This document shows positions 53,571 through 62,293 of a DNA stretch of 62,293 nucleotides, in pieces. Positions within the stretch are counted from its first letter, which is position 1. The number at the start of each line of letters is the position of its first letter. The notes under the pieces were generated by a model. That model did no database searches and was not told where the DNA came from. It worked only from the letters and a program-made list of their open reading frames with translations. Made by a program: the position numbers and the translations under genes. The DNA is taken from the NCBI GenBank assembly GCA_934096605.1, contig CAKOMI010000003.1, positions 1 to 62,293 of the forward strand, written 5' to 3'. Source of the DNA: an uncultured Bacilli bacterium. Lineage in GTDB: Bacteria > Bacillota_I > Bacilli_A > RF39 > UBA660.

Positions 53571-54146
53571 TTAAGTTAATAAAAAAGAGAAGGACTGAAT
53601 GATTTTACTTCCTGTAAACATAAGTAATGTATCATAAAAAATAATACCTATGACTATAACTAGTACCCCTTTTATTAAGTGTAACATTAAATCATTATTA
53701 TTACTATTATATAAAAATCTACCAATCATTCTTCTTGCAATTTGTAAACATTTAGAAAAAAGAAATATTAAAAGAAATATATATATAAATTTGGTTATTA
53801 GTAAGAATATTACACTAAATAATAAGCCTTTTAAACCGTATGTTAAACTAAAAATACCTAGTAAAAACCCGATACTCATACCTTCATAAAAAATAATTGC
53901 ACATAAAAGGGGTACACCAATTAAACAAAATGATAAAAGAACACTTATAACTACCATAAAAAAATGAAAATACAAGTAATTGAAACTCGACCCGCCCATA
54001 TTACTTGCATAACTTATAACACTATATCTTAAGGCTTCTATATTAGTTATACCTAGAAACATACCAATACCAATGCCAATTAAAAAAAGAACCATCAAAA
54101 ATAGTAATAAATACTTTCTTGCTTGCAAATACCTTTTTATATTCAT
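53571..54146 (-). CDS. spoIIM: stage II sporulation protein M
   Basis: Polytopic 191 aa; IGVPLLCAIIFYEGMSIGFLLG..GLLFSVIFLL parallels B. subtilis SpoIIM as I recall it. Confidence 0.65.
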   Translation of the reverse strand: MNIKRYLQARKYLLLFLMVLFLIGIGIGMFLGITNIEALRYSVISYASNMGGSSFNYLYFHFFMVVISVLLSFCLIGVPLLCAIIFYEGMSIGFLLGIFSLTYGLKGLLFSVIFLLITKFIYIFLLIFLFSKCLQIARRMIGRFLYNSNNNDLMLHLIKGVLVIVIGIIFYDTLLMFTGSKIIQSFSFLLT

Positions 54147-54219
54147 TAGTCCTCACCTATCAAAGTATATTTACAAAAACTATATTTTATGATAAATTGA
54201 TTAGAGAAAGAGGTGCAAG

Positions 54220-54315
54220 ATGAATAAGAAAGTAAGAACTATTGTAACTTGGATTACATTATTTATTATGGTTGCTGGTATTGCTGCTTCCATTGTTGCT
54301 TATACTATTAGTTAA
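54220..54315 (+). CDS. 31-aa single-TM small protein (below the ORF-track cutoff)
   Basis: MNKKVRTIVTWITLFIMVAGIAASIVAYTIS after RBS AGAAAGAGGTG. Confidence 0.4.
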   Translation: MNKKVRTIVTWITLFIMVAGIAASIVAYTIS

Positions 54316-54354
54316 ATCGCTTTCATATAGTGATTTTTTTTATATTTAAAAAGG

Positions 54355-55335
54355 CTATAATATTTTATCGCCTTCTTTTAACATTGTTGTAATAAATATA
54401 CCATAACCTTTTAAAGGATGATCTACTATAACATGGGTAACGGCCCCGATAATTTTGTCGTCTTGAACAATTGGTGAGCCACTCATGCCTTGAATAACGC
54501 CGCCTGTTTTATTAATAAGTTCTTGGTCAGTTATTTCAAAAGTTAAGTTCTTAGTATCTTTATTTTCAATATTAGTAATATTTATATCGTAATATTTTTT
54601 TTCACTGCCAGATAAAACTGTTACAATTTTAGCATTACCTTTTTTAATATCACTAGGATTACCGACAGAAATTGTTTTTCTATCAACGCTTTCTTTATAT
54701 ATACCAAATATTCCATGATTAGTGTTATTTTTTATATCACCATATATATGATTAAAATTAAACTTAGCATTCTTTTCACCAGCATTACCTTCACTACTTT
54801 TTCTAATACTTGTTACAGTACTTTCAAATATATTACCAGTTTTAACCTCAACAACTTTAGAGGAATTGCTTTCTATAATCTCATGCCCTAAAGCACCATA
54901 TACTTTTGTTTCTGGATCAATATAAGAAATAGTGCCAAGTCCTGTGATGCCATCTTTAACGTATAAACCAGTCTTATAAACACCATCTTGTTTTTTTAAA
55001 GACATTTCTATTGTTTTATCTTCTGTGCCTTTTCTTACTGTTAAAACAACTTTGTTATCTTTTATTTCTTTTTCGATTGCGCGAGTTAAATCATCAATAC
55101 TAGTAATTTCTTTATCATTAACTTTTAAAATATAATCACCAATCTGAATATTAGGATTTCCTCTTAAGTTTTCACCATCTACTTTATAGAATCCTATAAC
55201 CATTACGCCTGTCATATCAATATGTATACCTACGTTTTCACCACCAAGCATCACTTTATCTGAATATGCAAAAACTTTTAGTGGTAAGAGACTAAACATA
55301 CTAAGACTAACTAAAAAAGTTTGTAATTTTTTCAT
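54355..55335 (-). CDS. spoIVB: SpoIVB peptidase (S55)
   Basis: Signal anchor, PDZ (IQIGDYILKVNDKEI), catalytic region GALGHEI.. and GGVIQGMSGSPIVQDDKIIGAVTHV. Confidence 0.85.
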   Translation of the reverse strand: MKKLQTFLVSLSMFSLLPLKVFAYSDKVMLGGENVGIHIDMTGVMVIGFYKVDGENLRGNPNIQIGDYILKVNDKEITSIDDLTRAIEKEIKDNKVVLTVRKGTEDKTIEMSLKKQDGVYKTGLYVKDGITGLGTISYIDPETKVYGALGHEIIESNSSKVVEVKTGNIFESTVTSIRKSSEGNAGEKNAKFNFNHIYGDIKNNTNHGIFGIYKESVDRKTISVGNPSDIKKGNAKIVTVLSGSEKKYYDINITNIENKDTKNLTFEITDQELINKTGGVIQGMSGSPIVQDDKIIGAVTHVIVDHPLKGYGIFITTMLKEGDKIL

Positions 55336-55460
55336 TATCATCACCATTTATATTATGATAATTTATAGTTATTTAATAATGGTAATATTTACTAGTTAGA
55401 GTGTTTTCATAATAAAAAGCCCTTAATAGGACTTAATATTGTTTATTTGCGTACTAATCT

Positions 55461-56039
55461 TTATGCTTTGCTAAGATATTTTTTATAAGTATTAATTAAA
55501 TCTATATCCATTAAATTTGTTGGAATATTTTCTAAGGCAAAAAACTTTAAACATTTAGTTTCTGAATCACCTTTTAAATTGCTGGCATCATGAAGAGCAA
55601 CACGGGCTACGTACAAAGAAGTATTATTATATACAATATCGCCATTTGGATAACTGTTTTTTCTTGATTCGCCGGATAGTGTATCTATTAATTCTAATTC
55701 ATCTGGGTTTAGCATCAAGCCAGTTTCTTCTTTGGCTTCTCTAACCGCTGTAAAGCGTAAGTCTTCACCTAAATCTTGACAGCCACCTGGCAATCCCCAT
55801 TGATTTCTATCAGTTCTTTCTTGTAAAAGAATTTCTTTATTTTCATTTTCAATTATAACGGCGGCCCCTGTTTGAATAAAAGGGATATGACTTATTCTTT
55901 CATCAAGTGCCATACGAAATAAAACAGGGTATCCACCATAATTAGCACTTAAATCTAATATTTGTTCTTCAGTCAAATTTAAAACAAGTTCCACAAGTTC
56001 TTCATGTGAATAATCTCTCATGTTTTTAAAACTTTTCAT
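55461..56039 (-). CDS. NUDIX hydrolase
   Basis: Nudix box GLPGGCQDLGEDLRFTAVREAKEETGL. Confidence 0.85.
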   Translation of the reverse strand: MKSFKNMRDYSHEELVELVLNLTEEQILDLSANYGGYPVLFRMALDERISHIPFIQTGAAVIIENENKEILLQERTDRNQWGLPGGCQDLGEDLRFTAVREAKEETGLMLNPDELELIDTLSGESRKNSYPNGDIVYNNTSLYVARVALHDASNLKGDSETKCLKFFALENIPTNLMDIDLINTYKKYLSKA

Positions 56040-56053
56040 TGTAATTCTCCTAA

Positions 56054-57472
56054 CTAATATTGTTTACCAAAGTATATCTTATGTTTGGCAGGTTTACCAC
56101 AGTAGGCACAAACACCATCAGTAATATCTTCTTTTATACAACGGCTTTTTAAACCAGTTTCTTCTTTAATCTTATCTTCACAAGCAGTCTCACCACACCA
56201 GGCTGCTAGAATGAATCCTGGTTTTGTTTTAGCTGTATTTATAAATTCTTCTTTAGATGTAACCTCATAAATCATACTATCACGTCTTTTTAAGGCTCTA
56301 TTATACATATCACTTTGAATAATTGGCAACGTATCTATAATTTTATTTACTACTTCATTAGTAGGTACACTTATTTTTTCTAAGGTATCTCTTCTAACTA
56401 AAGTAACTGTATTTTGTTCTAAATCTCTTAGTCCAACTTCAATTCGAATGGGAATACCTTTGACCTCAGCATCAGCAAATTTGAATCCTGGCGATTTATT
56501 AGAATCATCAATACTATAAGTAATATTATCTGGTAATTTGCTCGCAATATCATTAACTACATTTAATACTTTTTCATCATTACTAATTGGCACGAATACT
56601 ACTTTTATTGGAGCAATATTTGGTGGTAGTACAAGACCGTGATTATCACCATGCGTCATTATAAGGGCACCAATCATTCTAGTAGAAACACCCCAGCTAG
56701 TTTGAAAAGGGGTCTTTAAAGTATTATCTTCATCTAAGTATTGAATACCAAAGGCTTTGGCAAAATGATCACCAAAGAAATGACTTGTCCCGTTTTGTAA
56801 GGCCACTCCATCATACATCATTGCTTCAAGAGTATATGTTTCTTCAGCCCCAGCAAATTTTTCTTTTTCAGTTTTCTTGCCAGTTAATACTGGTAAAGCA
56901 AGGACATTTCTTTGAAAGTCTTCATATACCCGAAACATTCTAAGTGTTTCTTGTTTTGCTTCTTCTTTTGTTCTATGTAACGTATGGCCTTCTTGCCAAA
57001 GAATCTCCCTACTTCTAAGGAAAGGTCTAGTTGTTTTTTCCCAACGCACAATCGTACACCACTGATTATATAAAATAGGTAAATCACGATAAGACTTAAC
57101 AATATTTTTAAAGTGATCACAAAATAATACTTCACTTGTTGGTCTAACGCACATTCTTTCTTCTAATTTATTTTCGCCACCATGGGTTACCCAGGCAACT
57201 TCAGGAGCAAAACCTTTAACATGTTCTTTTTCAATATTTAGTAATGACTCAGGAATAAACATAGGCATTTGCACATTTTGGTGTCCTAAGCGTTTAAACT
57301 CTTTATCTAAAATGCTTTGCATTTGTTCCCATATTGCGTAACCATAAGGCCTAATTATCATGCTGCCTTTCGTATTACTATAACTTACTAAATCAGCTTC
57401 TCTTACTACGTCTGTATACCAAAGAGCAAAGTCAGTATCTCTGTCTGTTATCTTTGTTACCATTTTACTCAT
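56054..57472 (-). CDS. proS: prolyl-tRNA synthetase, archaeal/eukaryotic-like type
   Basis: FALWYTDVVREADL.., IIRPYGYAIWE, class II motifs, C-terminal Zn-type CxxC..CAYCG tail; start ambiguous (57472 or 57481), overlaps xseB. Confidence 0.88.
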   Translation of the reverse strand: MSKMVTKITDRDTDFALWYTDVVREADLVSYSNTKGSMIIRPYGYAIWEQMQSILDKEFKRLGHQNVQMPMFIPESLLNIEKEHVKGFAPEVAWVTHGGENKLEERMCVRPTSEVLFCDHFKNIVKSYRDLPILYNQWCTIVRWEKTTRPFLRSREILWQEGHTLHRTKEEAKQETLRMFRVYEDFQRNVLALPVLTGKKTEKEKFAGAEETYTLEAMMYDGVALQNGTSHFFGDHFAKAFGIQYLDEDNTLKTPFQTSWGVSTRMIGALIMTHGDNHGLVLPPNIAPIKVVFVPISNDEKVLNVVNDIASKLPDNITYSIDDSNKSPGFKFADAEVKGIPIRIEVGLRDLEQNTVTLVRRDTLEKISVPTNEVVNKIIDTLPIIQSDMYNRALKRRDSMIYEVTSKEEFINTAKTKPGFILAAWCGETACEDKIKEETGLKSRCIKEDITDGVCAYCGKPAKHKIYFGKQY

Positions 57473-57698
57473 TTGTATCACTCACTTCACTTTGAAAATC
57501 AGATATAGTTCCGTTTTCATTTAAGATCTTATTTACTTGACTAGTTGCATTATCAAGTTTTTCTTGACAAATTTTAACTAAGTTCATCGCATCTGTATAA
57601 GCAGTAATCGCTTCTTCTAGTGGCGTGCCACCACTTTCTAATTTCTTTATAATTTCTTCTAATTCTTTTAATGCACTATCAAATGTTTTTTCATTCAT
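57465..57698 (-). CDS. xseB: exodeoxyribonuclease VII small subunit
   Basis: 77 aa; FDSALKELEEIIKKLESGGTPLEEAI..Y. Confidence 0.88.
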   Translation of the reverse strand: MNEKTFDSALKELEEIIKKLESGGTPLEEAITAYTDAMNLVKICQEKLDNATSQVNKILNENGTISDFQSEVSDTNE

Positions 57699-59026
57699 GA
57701 TATTATCTCCTTTACCTCTACATTAATTTCTCCATCATGTAATATAACATGTAGATTATCTTTTATTTTTAAATTTTTACTTTCTTTGATAATAACCCCA
57801 TCTTTTTCAATTAATGAATAACCTTTATCTAAAATATTTAAGGGATTAACTAATTTTAATGTTTGTAATATATATTGTAAACTAGCATCATTCTTATCAA
57901 TGATACTTTTAATTTCCTTTTTTAACAATTTCTCTTTGTTATTTAGTTCTTCTTGCCTACTTGTTAAAAGCATATAAGGATTTTCTAGGATATAATTAGA
58001 TGTTAAATGACTAAGAGTAAGTCTTTTTTCTTTTAAAATATTAGTTATATCACTATTTAGATTATCTACTAAAGTATCTAGTTTTTGAGCTTTTATTTCA
58101 TATAAAGTCATTGGATTTTTAAGAATATAACTAGATTCTAATTTAAGTAATCGTTCATTATAAAAATTAATATTATTTTTAATAGCATTACCGAGTTTAC
58201 TTTCTAATAATTTAAATGTGTTTTTAACCTCTAGTATTGTTGGTACAGCCATCTCAGCAGCTCCCGTTGGAGTCGGGGCTCGCATATCGGCAACATAATC
58301 ACTAATTGTTACGTCTACTTCATGCCCTACGGCACTAATAATTGGTACTTTTGAATTATATATAGCTCTTGCTACAATCTCTTCATTAAAAGCCCACAAG
58401 TCTTCGATAGACCCACCACCTCGGCCCACAATTAAAACATCTATATCATAGTTATTTGCTATTTCGATTTTACGAGCAATATCACTTGCAGCCGATACAC
58501 CTTGGACTAAAGCCGGAAATAAAATTGTTTCGCATAATGGGAATCTTCTTTTTATCGTACTTAATATATCTTTAATTGCTGCCCCAGTAGGTGCTGTAAC
58601 AATACCAATTTTACTCGGATATTTAGGGATTGGTTTTTTATGTTCTTTAGCAAATAAACCTTCTTGTAATAATTTTCTTTTTAATTTTTCAAACTCGACA
58701 TATAAAGAACCTAACCCATCTACTTCCATGTGGTCAATATATATTTGATAATTACCACCAGCAGGATACACACTAATTCTGCCACTTACTAAAACGTTCA
58801 TACCATCTTCTGGAGTAAATTTTAGAGTACTTGCTGCACTTCTAAACATAATTGCACTTATTCTTGATTCGTTATCTTTAAGAGTTAAATAAAGGTGTCC
58901 TGATGAATGGTGTTTAAAGTTACTAATTTCACCCTTTAAATATATTTTCTTTAAATGGGGATTTTCATCAAATATTGTTCTAATATAGTTATTTACTTGG
59001 GTTATTGTAATATAATTTTGATTCAT
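57695..59026 (-). CDS. xseA: exodeoxyribonuclease VII large subunit
   Basis: ITVTQVNNYIRTIFD.., GEISNFK.HSSGHLYLTLKD, VGRGGGSIEDLWAFNEE, ISAVGHEVD.TISD.VAD.RAPTPT. Confidence 0.92.
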   Translation of the reverse strand: MNQNYITITQVNNYIRTIFDENPHLKKIYLKGEISNFKHHSSGHLYLTLKDNESRISAIMFRSAASTLKFTPEDGMNVLVSGRISVYPAGGNYQIYIDHMEVDGLGSLYVEFEKLKRKLLQEGLFAKEHKKPIPKYPSKIGIVTAPTGAAIKDILSTIKRRFPLCETILFPALVQGVSAASDIARKIEIANNYDIDVLIVGRGGGSIEDLWAFNEEIVARAIYNSKVPIISAVGHEVDVTISDYVADMRAPTPTGAAEMAVPTILEVKNTFKLLESKLGNAIKNNINFYNERLLKLESSYILKNPMTLYEIKAQKLDTLVDNLNSDITNILKEKRLTLSHLTSNYILENPYMLLTSRQEELNNKEKLLKKEIKSIIDKNDASLQYILQTLKLVNPLNILDKGYSLIEKDGVIIKESKNLKIKDNLHVILHDGEINVEVKEIIS

Positions 59027-59421
59027 TATTCTTCCTTTAATAATTTATCTAAAACGGCATTAATCATTTTTACAACGTCACTATCAGTATAAATTTTAGC
59101 AAGCTCTATGGCTTCATTAATAACTACTACAGGTGGTGTATCCATATATTTCATTTCATAAATACCCATTCTTAAAATGGCCGCACCTGTTTTATCAAGC
59201 CTTTTAATATCCCAATTATTTAAATAACTATTAGCTAGTTTATCAATTTCATCAATTCTTTCCATGACACCAAAAACTATATCTTTAACAAACTCGTTAT
59301 CAAAACCTATATTTTCTTTAATAACATTCTCTATTTCATACGGCACTTTATTCTGACGCAAAATGTCTATTTGGTATAAAATAGTCATACATTCTTTTCT
59401 AAGTTCGCTTCTTTTAAGCAT
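59026..59421 (-). CDS. nusB: transcription antitermination factor NusB
   Basis: 131 aa; R..RE..MTILYQ.., ILRMGIYEM.., VVINEAIELAK. Confidence 0.88.
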   Translation of the reverse strand: MLKRSELRKECMTILYQIDILRQNKVPYEIENVIKENIGFDNEFVKDIVFGVMERIDEIDKLANSYLNNWDIKRLDKTGAAILRMGIYEMKYMDTPPVVVINEAIELAKIYTDSDVVKMINAVLDKLLKEE

Positions 59422-59470
59422 AAAACATCACCATCATTATTTTATCAAAAAAGACTAGTACATACTAGTC

Positions 59471-60103
59471 CTAATCCACCTTTTTACGACGATATAACTT
59501 AATTTCTTCTGTATCTATAGGCATTTTTAAAGAAAACATATTAATTAAATAATGATAAACTGGTCTTTTCAAAATAAATTCGACATTTTCTTGCAATGTT
59601 TTAGTATCCCCATTTAAAATAGCTTGATTTATTTCTTCATATTTAGTCTTTCTTGCTAATTCTTTATCATCTTTATGAATCCTTACTAGAGGTATATCAG
59701 TATTTTTATCAAAATAATAATCAAAACTAAATATAGCCTTTTCTTTTCTTCTTTTTCTATCACTATCAAGGGGCATTTCTTCACTAAAACCAATTATTAC
59801 CGGATAAGCACTTGTTGTATAATTTTTAAGCATTGTATTAAATTCTTTGTAATGCTCTGATTTTTTAAGAGCAACAACTTGACCAGTTTCTGTAATACTA
59901 GAGCTATTAATTACTTTTTTGACATTTTTAATACCATACTCTGAAAATAAATAACCTAGTTCTATTAAAGATTTTTCTGAATTATAATTATTAATAATAT
60001 TTTTTAATCCTTTTTTTATTTCCATTTCTTCTTCTTTGGTCATATTTTCATTACCAAAAGAAATACAATTTTTTAAGAAATAAGTTTTTGTTTCTTGTTC
60101 CAT
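59471..60103 (-). CDS. hypothetical protein
   Basis: 210 aa, RBS AAGGA; no recognisable motif. Confidence 0.5.
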   Translation of the reverse strand: MEQETKTYFLKNCISFGNENMTKEEEMEIKKGLKNIINNYNSEKSLIELGYLFSEYGIKNVKKVINSSSITETGQVVALKKSEHYKEFNTMLKNYTTSAYPVIIGFSEEMPLDSDRKRRKEKAIFSFDYYFDKNTDIPLVRIHKDDKELARKTKYEEINQAILNGDTKTLQENVEFILKRPVYHYLINMFSLKMPIDTEEIKLYRRKKVD

Positions 60104-60118
60104 ATCATCAGTCCTTTT

Positions 60119-62293
60119 CTAATATTTATGATTATTTTCTTCTTTTAATTCATATAAAACATTTATTGCTTCCATTGGAGTCATTCTAAGGGGGTCAATA
60201 CTATCAAGTTTTTCTCTAATGGGGTCTTTTTTCTCATCTTGAAAATCCATTACTAATTGTATTTGCGATTCATCATATTTTTTCTTTGGTTTATTTTCAT
60301 AAACACTTAGTATCTTCATTGCGTCATTTATAATTTCATCAGGTAAGCCAGCCAGTTTAGCTACATGAATACCATAACTTTTATCAACAGCTCCATTTTT
60401 AATTTTATGCAGAAATGTTAATTTACCATTTTCTTCGACAGCACTTACATGAACGTTTTTGATAGAAGGTATTTTGTTTTCTAAAACCGTAAGTTCATGG
60501 TAATGGGTTGAAAATAGTGTTTTACACTGAATATGGGTTGCTACAAAATTTAATATAGCTTCAGCAATACTCATACCATCATATGTTGCAGTTCCACGTC
60601 CTAGTTCATCAAATAATATTAAACTATTTTCAGTTGCATTTAAAATCGCGTTACAAGCCTCTTTCATTTCCACCATAAATGTAGATTCACCACTTACTAA
60701 GTCATCACTGGCCCCAATCCTTGTAAAAATCTTATCAATAATAGGCAACTTAGCACTTTTGGCCGGTACAAACGATCCCATCTGAGCAAGAATAACAATG
60801 ATCGCTAATTGCCGCATAAACGTTGATTTACCACTCATATTAGGACCAGTTATTAAAAGAGTATTAATAGAATTATCCATAATGCAATCATTCGCGACAT
60901 AAGAAGCATTACTAACTTTTTCAATAACTGGGTGTCTACCGGCTTTTATTTCAATAAAATGTTCCTCATTTAAAACAGGTCTTACAAATCTATATTCTTC
61001 TGCTACTACTGATAAAGAGGTAATCGCATCTAACTCAGCTATAACATTAGCTGTATCTTTTAAACTTAAGATATTTCTTTTAATCTCTTCTTTAACTTCA
61101 TTAAATAAATTATATTCAATATCTATAATTTTTTCTTCAGCATTTAAAATAAGAGCTTCTTTTTCTTTTAATTCAGGTGAGATATACCGTTCTGCATTTG
61201 TAAGAGTTTGCCTTCGTTCCCAATGTAAGTCTTCTGGTACATTAGCAATTTGGCCTTTGGTAATCTCAATAAAATAACCAAATACTTTATTATAACCAAC
61301 TTTTAAATTTTTAATACCAGTTTCTTCTTTTAAATGATTTTCAAAACTAGCAATAAACTCTTTACCACCACTTCTAATACTTTTTAATTCATCAAGTTCA
61401 CTATTATAGCCTTCTTTAATTAAATAGCCTTCTTTTAGTGTAATAGGAGGATTTTCATAAATAGCCTTATCTAGTAAGTTATATAATTCTTCATGGGTAG
61501 TAATTTTTTCTTTAAAACCTAGTTCTTTTACTATTTTCTTAATATTAGGTAATTCTTGCAAGCTTACCTTTAATTGTAGTAAATCCCGGGCATTAACAGA
61601 TCCACATGTAATCTTACCACATAGTCTTTCAATATCATAAACTTTGTATAATGAATCTCTTAAACTATCTTTTAAAATAAACTGATTATTAAGAATTTCT
61701 ATTTTATCATATCTTTCTTCTATTAACTTACGATCTTTAAGGGGATTTAAAAGCCAACTTTTTAATTTTCTTGAACCCATACTTGTTCTTGTTTTATCAA
61801 TTAACCAAATAAGGGAAAAATTTCTTTCTTTAAGTCTTAGTGTTTCTACTAATTCTAAGTTTCTTATTGTATGCACGTCCATCTCTAAATAGTCATCTGG
61901 TATTACTACGATAGCTGGTTTAAAATGGCTCAAATCCTTAAGTTCTTTAACTACTAGATAATATAGTAAATGTTTAATCGCGTGAACATAATGTTCTTCT
62001 TCTAAATGACTATATAAAGACTCATACTTTTCTTCTAGTTCCTCAGTACAAACTGATACTTCAATACCATAAGTTCCTTTTAAAAGAGCTAGTAGTTCGG
62101 TATCTTCATTATCTCTTAAAATAATCTCTAATATTCCTGATTTCAAAATAGTATTAATAAGTTTTTCTTTTTGATGGGGTAATATTGAGACATAACAATC
62201 CCCCGTGGAAATATCCGCATAACATATAACATATATATAATTATAATCAGATACACTAGCAATATAGTGATTATTGTGTTCGTTTAATAATTC
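60119..62293 (-). CDS. mutS: DNA mismatch repair protein MutS (5' end beyond the window)
   Basis: Frame stays open to the window edge (..YADISTGDCYVSILPHQKEKL..); TNAERYISPELKE, Walker A GPNMSGKST, LILFDELGRGT, STHYHEL. Confidence 0.9.
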   Translation of the reverse strand, partial: ELLNEHNNHYIASVSDYNYIYVICYADISTGDCYVSILPHQKEKLINTILKSGILEIILRDNEDTELLALLKGTYGIEVSVCTEELEEKYESLYSHLEEEHYVHAIKHLLYYLVVKELKDLSHFKPAIVVIPDDYLEMDVHTIRNLELVETLRLKERNFSLIWLIDKTRTSMGSRKLKSWLLNPLKDRKLIEERYDKIEILNNQFILKDSLRDSLYKVYDIERLCGKITCGSVNARDLLQLKVSLQELPNIKKIVKELGFKEKITTHEELYNLLDKAIYENPPITLKEGYLIKEGYNSELDELKSIRSGGKEFIASFENHLKEETGIKNLKVGYNKVFGYFIEITKGQIANVPEDLHWERRQTLTNAERYISPELKEKEALILNAEEKIIDIEYNLFNEVKEEIKRNILSLKDTANVIAELDAITSLSVVAEEYRFVRPVLNEEHFIEIKAGRHPVIEKVSNASYVANDCIMDNSINTLLITGPNMSGKSTFMRQLAIIVILAQMGSFVPAKSAKLPIIDKIFTRIGASDDLVSGESTFMVEMKEACNAILNATENSLILFDELGRGTATYDGMSIAEAILNFVATHIQCKTLFSTHYHELTVLENKIPSIKNVHVSAVEENGKLTFLHKIKNGAVDKSYGIHVAKLAGLPDEIINDAMKILSVYENKPKKKYDESQIQLVMDFQDEKKDPIREKLDSIDPLRMTPMEAINVLYELKEENNHKY

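Overview
Strongly AT-rich chromosomal segment of a spore-forming Firmicute. Sporulation markers include sigG, spoIIM, spoIVB, a GPR/YyaC-like spore protease, a ylbJ/ylbL pair and a BclA-like collagen protein with a sigma-K-type promoter. Standard genetic code applies. Most of the window is housekeeping: a tRNA-Ser/Ile/Glu cluster, corA, two U32 peptidases, deoD, polA, ftsW/rodA-family, comEA-comEC, holA, rnhC, cvpA, trxA, rpsB-tsf, frr, rpsU-yqeY, tcdA, rarA, xerD, zupT, mnmA, proS, xseAB, nusB and a 5'-truncated mutS. The outstanding feature is the ~8.8 kb interval between comEC and holA (24292-33133). It holds five tandem units, each one YhcG/DUF1016 PD-(D/E)XK nuclease gene (DinD in one unit) plus one unrelated small cargo gene, separated by progressively more decayed copies of the comEC 3' end. 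No integrase or transposase is present. Each cargo gene is bracketed by a conserved extended -10 box (TGATATAAT) overlapping the nuclease stop codon and by a conserved T-rich right boundary. Every DUF1016 copy carries a perfect 9+1+9 palindrome at the same codon position, with arm sequences that differ between copies through fully compensating changes. I read this as an undescribed cassette-accretion or homing-like system that targets the 3' end of the DNA-uptake channel gene. Other points of interest: a ~90-nt leader shared by comEA and a 17-codon ORF/MazF-like gene; a candidate 6S-like RNA next to tcdA/rarA; two unusual domain fusions (C26 amidotransferase+VanY, SpoT-type HD+P-loop); loss of pyrH from the tsf-frr cluster; an XRE/HExxH pair with an operator-like dyad; and a decayed Rpn-type nuclease gene.
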